Of a stretch of DNA of 37,822 nucleotides, positions 25,864 through 36,491 are shown one piece after another. This DNA comes from Octopus bimaculoides (lineage: Eukaryota), in contig NC_068992.1 in the NCBI RefSeq assembly GCF_001194135.2, forward strand, positions 61,286,518 through 61,324,339, written 5' to 3'. Each line of letters starts with the position of its first letter. The stretch's first letter is position 1. The notes under the pieces are model-generated. The model ran no database searches. It was not told the origin of the DNA and was given only the letters and a program-made list of their open reading frames with translations. The position numbers and the translations under genes were made by a program.

Positions 25864-26814
25864 ACCTTGCCTGTGCATGTGCTACATAAAAAGCACTAAG
25901 TTCACTCTGCTGAGTGACTGGTGTCAGAAAGGGCACCTAACTGTAAAAATCCCACCAAAACAGTCACAGAAGTCTGGTGCAAGCTTCTGCCTGACTGGCT
26001 CCTGTCAAACCATCCCACACATGCCAGCATAGAAAGCAGACGTTAAACAATGGTGNNNNNNNNNNNNNNNNNNNNNNNNNNNNNNNNNNNNNNNNNNNNN
26101 NNNNNNNNNNNNNNNNNNNNNNNNNNNNNNNNNNNNNNNNNNNNNNNNNNNNTATATGTATGTATGTATGTATAATTATAGCTCAAATTTACAGAAACTA
26201 AAGACGAAGTCAGGTGAAAGAACAACAAGCAGGCATATTAATTTAATGCTCAGGAAAAATGGAAAGGCCCTTTACATTTCCAGCCTATGCTCTTTGACAG
26301 AAAGGATTAAGACGAAAAAAATGGAGAGAGAGAAAATGTACACACAAACCATATTTTCTGGCATACAAGTCGACGTGTAAACATGTAGTGTAAACATTTA
26401 AATATTATCACTATCTTTCTGACTCCTGCTGCATTTCACAGGGAATTTTTGCTCCTCCAAAATTATCTCAGTGCACAAGTTGACCTACTTTTTATGGTCG
26501 TAAATTTTTATTTGAAGAATTTGACTTGCATGCCTAAAAAAGTCAAAGTAGAAAATGCTAAAATAATTTTATAAAAAACATTTCAGTACCAGTTTCAGTT
26601 TTTGGGACTTTTTCAACTGTAAGTATGGAAAACAATTAAATTTTGGAAAAATTAAATGAAAAGTTTTTTAAAAGAATATTTGCATAGTATTCAAATATAA
26701 GGGGAATTAGCCAACTGGTTTTGAGATCTGACGATACACCATAAAGCTAAGCCCTTTATGGACGTGAAACCTAAGGTAATCCCATAAGCTAACCTTTTCT
26801 AACTTTAATATGTA

Positions 26815-26846
<32 letters not shown>

Positions 26847-27865
26847 AATCTATCTATGTATCTATCTACCTATCTATCTATCTATCTATCTGTGTGTGTG
26901 TGTGTGTGTGTGTTCTTCTTACAGCATTAAGAGTATTTTAACTATTACTTCTAGCAATGTAGGTGCTTCAGCACTCTTAGTTACATTTAGTGATGAATGA
27001 ATTTTTCTTTATGGTATCACATTGCACCGGCTGTTTATATTAATTTATATACACACACACACACACATGAGGGTATGCTGAAAAGTTCTTGGTTTTAAGC
27101 ATATGATAAAAAGTCTGGCTGAAGGCCTGATCTTCCAAGTTCTTTTATAAGGCTTACAAAAACTGAAGAACCACTGCAATAAGTGTGTGAATATGAGAGG
27201 TGATTATGTTGAATAAAATCATAATTAAATGATTCCTCTGTATTTTCTTTGGTAACAGCCTGATTATGTAACCTTGCACTCATCAGAGGTACTCATTATA
27301 GAATGAAATATGATGACTGCATAGACACATCCAGTTTGTGGTTGTTAAGAATAAGATGATAGACTGAATCAAGCAGAGTGTTGAGTTAAGAATTATATCT
27401 TTTGGTGCCAAAACATCATCTCTGGGAGTGGTTTTGTTGCAAGTCAGCAACAGTTTTCTGGAAAAATGTCTTTGTAGGAAATGTGTGTGTCTTTAATATT
27501 GGGTGTTCTTGTGGTAATGGAATATGTGTTGTGTTACTATATGTATAGCCATTGCAGTGAGGTGGGCTTACACATGTGTGTTTGTTAGTGTGTTTCTTTT
27601 CTTTTATGTATTGGTTAAATCTGTGAGGTGTTTATCTGTGCACATGCATTGTGTGTAGGGGTACAAAATGTATGGGAGCTTATATTGGGGCTGGCAGAAA
27701 AAAGTCTATTGGATAGGTGTCTGCTGTTCTGGGGCATGTGTGTTTGTTTGTGGATGCATTAGTGTTCTAGGAACTCTTTGTTGGGCACCCAGATATTTCT
27801 AGTTTATATTAGAAAGCATTAGATGACTTATGGAATTTCAGGCGGAATATAATGTCAAAAAGGTC

Positions 27866-27904
<39 letters not shown>

Positions 27905-28384
27905 TATTAATTCATTTTGCAAGATTCCTGATATGAAATCATGTGTTGAAACAGGTATTGTATTTCGGGATCGTCATTTTTTTTTTCCAAATAAACACAT
28001 GCACTATATATTTTTTCTTCACTCGTTTATTACTGTTCTCACCTTATTATTTTAACTCATGTCCATTGTCCAGAAATCTTTTATTACACATCTGTGACCT
28101 CTTCAGTGACACTTTTCGTTTTCGTGCTTGCTCTTGCTTCACTTACTCCATTCCGTTCTTCACAGAGCAGGGTCTTCTCAGAACAGTATGGAATAAGTGG
28201 AGCAAGAACGCACACAAAAACGAAAAGTGTCACTGAAGAGGTCACAGATGTGTAACGAAAGATTCCCGGACAATGGGCATGAGTTAAAATAATGGAATAA
28301 GAACAGTAATAAATGAGTGAAGAAAAAATATATAGTGTGTGTGTTTATTTGGTAAAAAAAAAATGACCATTCCAAAATACAACA

Positions 28385-28426
<42 letters not shown>

Positions 28427-31400
28427 NNNNNNNNNNNNNNNNNNNNNNNNNNNNNNNNNNNNNNNNNNNNNNNNNNNNNNNNNNNNNNNNNNNNNNNNNN
28501 NNNNNNNNNNNNNNNNNNNNNNNNNNNNNNNNNNNNNNNNNNNNNNNNNNNNNNNNNNNNNNNNNNNNNNNNNNNNNNNNNNNNNNNNNNNNNNNNNNNN
28601 NNNNNNNNNNNNNNNNNNNNNNNNNNNNNNNNNNNNNNNNNNNNNNNNNNNNNNNNNNNNNNNNNNNNNNNNNNNNNNNNNNNNNNNNNNNNNNNNNNNN
28701 NNNNNNNNNNNNNNNNNNNNNNNNNNNNNNNNNNNNNNNNNNNNNNNNNNNNNNNNNNNNNNNNNNNNNNNNNNNNNNNNNNNNNNNNNNNNNNNNNNNN
28801 NNNNNNNNNNNNNNNNNNNNNNNNNNNNNNNNNNNNNNNNNNNNNNNNNNNNNNNNNNNNNNNNNNNNNNNNNNNNNNNNNNNNNNNNNNNNNNNNNNNN
28901 NNNNNNNNNNNNNNNNNNNNNNNNNNNNNNNNNNNNNNNNNNNNNNNNNNNNNNNNNNNNNNNNNNNNNNNNNNNNNNNTATATATATATATATATATAT
29001 ATACACATACATATATACATATATACGACGGGCTTCTTTCAGTTTCCGTCTACCAAATCCACTGATTTGGTCGGCCCGAGGCTATAGTAGAAGACACTTG
29101 CTCAAGGTGCCATGCAGTAGGACTGAACCCGCAACCATGTGGTTGGTAAGCAAGCTTCTAACCACACAGCCACTCCTACACCTATAGCTACTTACCACAC
29201 AGCCACTCCTACACCTATTATATATAGTATAAGTGTATATTTGCACATGCACACACACACACATACAGATAGATAGATACATACATACATACATACATAC
29301 ATACATACATAGACAGATAGTTAGATGGACAGATAGTTAGATGGACAGATAGTTAGATGGACAGATGGATGGATGAATAGATAGATAGATAGCCAGATAC
29401 ATAGATAGATATTGATAGACAGACATGTACGTATGTATGTATGTGTGTGTACATACACTCAAACACACACACACACTTACACAGGTTGCAGTGAATAAAT
29501 TGTCATCTAAATTATGCAAAAATGAAAATAACACTGACATCTCACTGACAGATATATTTACCAAAATTAGATAAAAATATCTTGAAATACTAAACAGTAA
29601 ATTTATTCAATAAAATCACCGCAAACATAGCCTCCAGACGACTTTGGGATCTCTGGCAACTCTTCTGGATGGTCTCCTTGTTTAAGTTGGTGAATGCTGC
29701 CATAATCCTTGCCTTCAGTTCATCTTTGATGTTACAAAGAATTTTGTTGGTCTCTTGCTCAACTGCACCCCACACATAATAATCAAGGGGGTTGCTGTCT
29801 GGGGAGTTAGGTGGCCAGATGTCAGCAGTGATGTGGTCACAGAAATTGTCTGACAGCCATGACTGGATCCTCCTGCTTGTGTGGCATGGAGCAGAGTCCT
29901 GTTGCCAGACATAGGGTCTTCCAACAGCTACCCTCTAAACCCAGGACAGCGCTACCTCCTGCAGGCACTTGATGTAGGCCTCTGTGTTGAGACAGAGGCT
30001 GTGTGGGAAGCTAAATGGAGGCATAACGTTGCATCACTGGTGGTCACTCGAAACACCATGATGTTGACAGGATGTTTGATTTTTATCACGCTTGGTACAT
30101 GTCCTCAGATTACACTGTCCTCAGACTGACACACAGACACTCTGAAATGTTTGTATTGGAGCTTCTGGCACAAATACCAAGTAGTACAGCATGTCATTTC
30201 CAAATTTCTGGTGGAGTGAATCGTGTCATGGTGCTGTTTTTCTCAAAGACAGTGTCCAACTGACCCTACTATACTGTGTAGTCGACAAAATCAAAAACAA
30301 ACAATGCATATGCACGAAATTAAAAATATAAAATGGTAACAATTTACCCATCACATCCTGTATATATACATACTGTAGGTGGTATTGCACATATCATTGC
30401 TTAAATATACTGCTAAATGCATCAAAATTCTTGTCATTATTTTTGTTATATCAATGAATCAACATTGTTAACTTCAAAGATCATTGTTATGTTTTCTAAT
30501 AACTTTTCTTTTCTTGTCTAGTTTTGTCTCTTCACTGACCTACTATGGACTTTATTTAATGACAACTAGGCTCTCAGGCAACCGATTCCTAAATTTCTTC
30601 ATAACTGCTTTATTTGAAACTCTGTCACAAATTTTCGCATTCACTGTTTTCAGAAGGTAAGAAGAACAAGAAAGATATTTTGTAATTTGAATTATTGATC
30701 TCTCTCTTGTTCAAATAGTTAACACGTATTGCTCATACTGTTTCAACATTGTTTTATAATGATCTCTTCATTTGACTTGTTTAGGCAATTTCAAAGAAAT
30801 ACTGTGGTTAGTCATAGGGATGCAGTAATTTTTTGTGTCAAAATGGCTTTGTTAATGATGTATCTCGAAGCACATTTAGTGATAAATAATGGCTTATAAC
30901 ACAGTTGAAAACTCCTTGAAAGGAAAATAGGCAGAAAGCTGTCTGGGTTACAGATGATGCGCATCTGACTTCTGGAGGCAGTTTTCTACCTTCATCCAAA
31001 GAGTTCTTAATCCAATGTATTGTAAGTTATTATTTGCTGCTGAATTTACTCCATATTACTCAATACTTCTGTATTAGTATTTCAAATGTAAAGTATGTTA
31101 TTGATTTGAAATCAGAAATTTTTATAGAGAATATCTGACATTTGTCTCTTTAAATTCAGCCCATGCTAGCATGGAAAATGGGCATTAAATGATAACGATA
31201 ATGCATAAGGTTGTTGAGCAAGACACTTCACCTCATGTTGCTCTATAATCATTTCGACAACTGACTTGTGGTATACTGTGCACCTGTTCAAACAACATTG
31301 ATTTGATGGAGAGAGTGAGCTAATGTACAGCACATACATATGATCACTGTAAGCAAATCATTTGTGCAGGTCAACAAACAAAAAACTGAATGTTCGTATA

Positions 31401-31443
31401 TCATCTTTGATAGGGGAGTCCACCATCATCATCATACATATAA

Positions 31444-31482
<39 letters not shown>

Positions 31483-33338
31483 AATACATATAAAAATCTG
31501 TGTGTGTGTGTGTGTGTGTGTGCGTATAGTAGATATGTATATATATATANNNNNNNNNNNNNNNNNNNNNNNNNNNNNNNNNNNNNNNNNNNNNNNNNNN
31601 NNNNNNNNNNNNNNNNNNNNNNNNNNNNNNNNNNNNNNNNNNNNNNNNNNNNNNNNNNNNNNNNNNNNNNNNNNNNNNNNNNNNNNNNNNNNNNNNNNNN
31701 NNNNNNNNNNNNNNNNNNNNNNNNNNNNNNNNNNNNNNNNNNNNNNNNNNNNNNNNNNNNNNNNNNNNNNNNNNAGACAACTGGTTGTTTGTATGGGACA
31801 ACCTGCTGAGGGCCACTGACCAGATCTGTGGATGGTGCAAAGTCCCCTCTCGACCCAAAATAATGTGGTGGTGGAACAATATTGTTGACAGGGCTATTAG
31901 ACAAAAGAAACAGGCTTGGAAGGACTGGAAGAATGGTGGTAGCAGGGAATTGTATCAGACTGCCAGAAGGGAAGCTAGGCGACAGGTTTATTTAGCCAGA
32001 GGGGAAGCAGATAAGAAAAAATTTGCCAATGTTCTGCGCCATGAGGACCAAAGACTTGAAGTATTTTGTGTTGCATGACAGTGTGTGAGAGAGAATCATG
32101 ATGTCGTGGGAGAGAAATGTGTTCGCATGGATGATGGTAGACTTGCACTAAACGAGGATGCAAAGAGAGAGGTTTGAAGATGCCACTACGAAAGATTGCT
32201 CAATAAAGAGAATGAATGGGAGAAAGATAGTCTGCTCTGCCGTTTGTCGACCAGCTATCTGAGTTGACAGTACCATGGTAGATAAAGCAATTAAGAGTAT
32301 GAAGACAGGGAAGGCCGCTGGCCCACCAGGAATCACTGCAGAGATGCTCAAAATATCTGGCAGTGTTGGGTATAGCCTAGTCACCTGTATTGTTAACCAG
32401 GTGATACACGAAGGAGTCATACCCAATGACTGGTGTAGCAGCAACATTGTCAACTGCTATAAAGGTAAAGGTGACACTTTAGATACAAATAATTACAGAG
32501 GTATCAAGTTGTTAGATCAGGTAATGAAAGTCACGGAGAGGGTCATAGCCCAACTAATTAGGGAGCGAGTCAGTTTAGATGAGATGCAGTTTGGGTTCGT
32601 ACCTGGGAAAAGCACCACCGATGCTATATTTTTGGTAAGACAGCTTCAGGAGAAATACCTAGCCAAGGATAAACCTCNNNNNNNNNNNNNNNNNNNNNNN
32701 NNNNNNNNNNNNNNNNNNNNNNNNNNNNNNNNNNNNNNNNNNNNNNNNNNNNNNNNNNNNNNNNNNNNNNNNNNNNNNNNNNNNNNNNNNNNNNNNNNNN
32801 NNNNNNNNNNNNNNNNNNNNNNNNNNNNNNNNNNNNNNNNNNNNNNNNNNNNNNNNNNNNNNNNNNNNNNNNNNNNNNNNNNNNNNNNNNNNNNNNNNNN
32901 NNNNNNNNNNNNNNNNNNNNNNNNNNNNNNNNNNNNNNNNNNNNNNNNNNNNNNNNNNNNNNNNNNNNNNNNNNNNNNNNNNNNNNNNNNNNNNNNNNNN
33001 NNNNNNNNNNNNNNNNNNNNNNNNNNNNNNNNNNNNNNNNNNNNNNNNNNNNNNNNNNNNNNNNNNNNNNNNNNNNNNNNNNNNNNNNNNNNNNNNNNNN
33101 NNNNNNNNNNNNNNNNNNNNNNNNNNNNNNNNNNNNNNNNNNNNNNNNNNNNNNNNNNNNNNNNNNNNNNNNNNNNNNNNNNNNNNNNNNNNNNNNNNNN
33201 NNNNNNNNNNNNNNNNNNNNNNNNNNNNNNNNNNNNNNNNNNNNNNNNNNNNNNNNNNNNNNNNNNNNNNNNNNNNNNNNNNNNNNNNNNNNNNNNNNNN
33301 NNNNNNNNNNNNNNNNNNNNNNNNNNNNNNNNNNNNNN

Positions 33339-33387
<49 letters not shown>

Positions 33388-34355
33388 ATATGTAGAACAC
33401 AGTATATCTATATGTTCTGTATTTTCTACTTCCAGTCAATATACAGCATTTCTTAAAAAAATATAATCCTTTCTTAAGCTTCTTTCTTACAGGTTCCCTC
33501 GCAAGAGCTGCTGCATGGGTTGTTTATCATTCACTGCTATTGTATTGATAATTGCAGTTCTTCTGCGCACATTCAGTGGTAAGATCTGAAACTTTTACTA
33601 TGCATTAATATAATTTTTATATTCTAAAAGTTCATTTAAAGTTCAAATACTGCTAGAGGTCAACTTTGCCTTTCATCCTCTTCTGGGGTGAGGTGTTGCG
33701 ATCAGGATTAATGAAATATATAGTAGTCAAGAGTTGGTGTCAATACAATCAGTTATGAATTCTTCCTCAAAATGTTAGGCTTTATGCTTAAGTTAGAAAT
33801 TAAAATAACTTAATTGAAGTCAATTATTTTTAATGTGGAACCCAAAGTAGATAAAGTAGAATATTGGGATAATATATCCCTTGGATGGAAAGAAAAGTTG
33901 AAGGCTGCCTATGGGACTCAAACCCACATTTTCTGCCAACAAAGAGGCGAGCTAACCAGTGCACCAAAACAATTCTTTGAATTTTCTCCATCCATTTTAG
34001 AAATTTTGTTCTTAACAGTGAGATTTGTAAAATGCTTCTGTTTTAAGAATTTAAAAAACTTGAGAGATATGAAATAAATTATTTTCGATGGTGGAACTTG
34101 AAGTAGATAAATCTATAAATAATCCATTCTCCTATTGAAAGAAGGCCTGAAATTTCTGGGGAGAAGATTAATCAATTTCATTGACCTATGTGCTGTGCTG
34201 GTATTTATTTTATTAGGCATGGCTTGCTTCCCAACCATTTAATTCCAAGTTCAGTCACAATGTGTGACACCTGGGGCAGGTGTCTTCCACTATAGCCTCT
34301 ATAGCCTCAGGCCTTGTGAGCGGATTTGGTTGACAGAAACTAAAAGAAGCCTGTC

Positions 34356-34400
<45 letters not shown>

Positions 34401-35376
34401 TGTGTCTGTATCATAGTGTTTGTGTTTGTCACTCCACCACTGCTAGATAACCAGTGTTGTTGTTTTTTTACATTCTCATAACTTAGTAGTTTGGCAAAAA
34501 AAGCCTAACAGATTAATTACTAAACTTAAAAACAAAAGTACTGGGGTTTATGTGTTTGACTAAAACCCTTCAAGGTGGTACTGCAGCATGGTCACAGTCC
34601 AATAGCTAAAACAAGTAAAAGATAATATATAAACAATCTCATTATTTTTGACAGTTCCTACAATACTTTCCCAAATAAACTCCATCATTTTTATCAGGTA
34701 CTGCACTAGATTCCTCAAATAAACTCCATCATTTTTGACAGTTCCTATACTAATTTCTCAAATAAACCCCTTCATTTTTGGCAGGTACTGCACAAGTTTC
34801 ACCAAATAAACTCCTTCATTTTTGACAGCTCCAGCACTAATTTCCCAAACAAACTCTATCATTTTTGACAGGTACAGCAGTAGTTTACCAAACAAACCCC
34901 ATCGTTTTTACAGGAACTACACAAGTTACCCAATGATATAAAACTTTATTTTGCGTTGTGTCTTTCACATATTCACAGTATTATTTTATTGATTTCTTTA
35001 AAAAAAATCTTGAGATATTTATTAATTTTGCAACAACAATATCAAGAACTACAATATTTATATCGTGTATTTATTTTATAATTTATGTATTTATTTTTCT
35101 ATTTCTTTCTTTCAGACAGTGACATTGCCTTAATGGCATCGACAGGCTTTTCTTTTCTTGGGACATTTGGCATTTCAGCTGCATTTCTATTAGTAGGCAT
35201 TTATGTTGCGGAGCTTTTCCCCACAGATGTCAGGTAAATATCAAACAAGTCTGGATCTTTCCACTAAATGTAGAAAAAAAAAACAACCTATTTTTAACAA
35301 AATCCAACCCCAAATAATTAATTGATGTGTTTATGGATAATATTATGGATCTGCAACCAAAATTTTACATAGTAAT

Positions 35377-35413
<37 letters not shown>

Positions 35414-36127
35414 TGTAGGTATATATGTATATTATCAAATAGCTGTCCATAAGCATGAAAAAAGCACACTCAATATGAAAAATACAATGGTTATATTTTA
35501 TATGATAGTGCAGTATATTATTGGTTATAGCACATAGCTACATAGCTGGACAGAATGTTACCATCCACTGCATTCTGAGTATTGAACTTGGTAATATTGA
35601 TGACTCTTGAGACATGATGCCTGGAAGTGTGTAGCTTCTTTTATGGTGGAAGTATGTATGGACCTTGTTTGGCTCAGTGCCAGTAAAAAAGAAAAAGGAA
35701 TAGAACAGTGAAAAATAGTGAATAATTATACCATTTCCAGGTGGGGGGGGACTAGAAGAGTTATTTCTCATGGATTGTTATTAGTCAAGGTTAACTTGTG
35801 TCAACTGTGTTTATGTATACATGTATGTCATTCTCTAATCCCAAAATGGAGCTGACCACATTGTCAAAACAAATTATTGTTCATGAGGGCAGCATCCAAA
35901 TATTTCACTGTTTGAATACAGGAAATTAGGCTAAATAATCACAGATCCTCTTTTAGAATAATCAGTTACATATGGCAATTGAAAGCGGAAGCAATGCTAT
36001 ACAAAATCAATTGGAAATTGTTAGAATGGCTTTGACCATATATGAATGGAAGTAGGTGATGCAAGCTTTGACTGGCAGAAAGAAGAATCATTCTAAAAAA
36101 TTCATACAACCCAGGTTCTCCAACATA

Positions 36128-36158
<31 letters not shown>

Positions 36159-36458
36159 CATCATCATCATCATCATCATCGTTTAACGTCCGCTTTCCAT
36201 GCTAGCATGGGTTGGACGATTTGACTGAGGACTAGTGAAACCAGATGGCTACACCAGGCTCCAATCTGATTTGGCAGAGTTTCTACAGCTGGATGCCCTT
36301 CCTAATGCCAACCACTCCGAGAGTGTAGTGGGTGCTTTTACGTGCCACCGGCACGAAGGCCAGTTAGGCGGTACTGGCAACGATCTAGCTCGAAAGTCCT
36401 TACACATGCCACGGGCACAAGTGCCAGAAAGGCGACACTGGGCACAGGTGCCATCACG

Positions 36459-36491
<33 letters not shown>

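Larger units (their letters stand above)
3008..33338. other. Assembly gaps (N runs) at 3008-3070, 8296-8308, 23778-23867, 26056-26152, 28427-28979, 31550-31774 and 32678-33338
   Basis: Direct reading. Most abut (TA)n or homopolymer tracts, as expected for a short-read scaffold. Confidence 0.99.

Noticed and set aside
28178-33456. Long ORFs spanning N runs (e.g. 28178..29020, 31358..31904, 32624..33439)
   Set aside because: They are artefacts of translating N gaps. Only 31775-32677 is real RTE coding sequence.
35912-35935. Alternative next exon after exon 8 at GAATACAG|GAAATTAGGC
   Set aside because: It gives RKLG then a stop. The exon at 37148-37220 supplies the expected TM11 motif.
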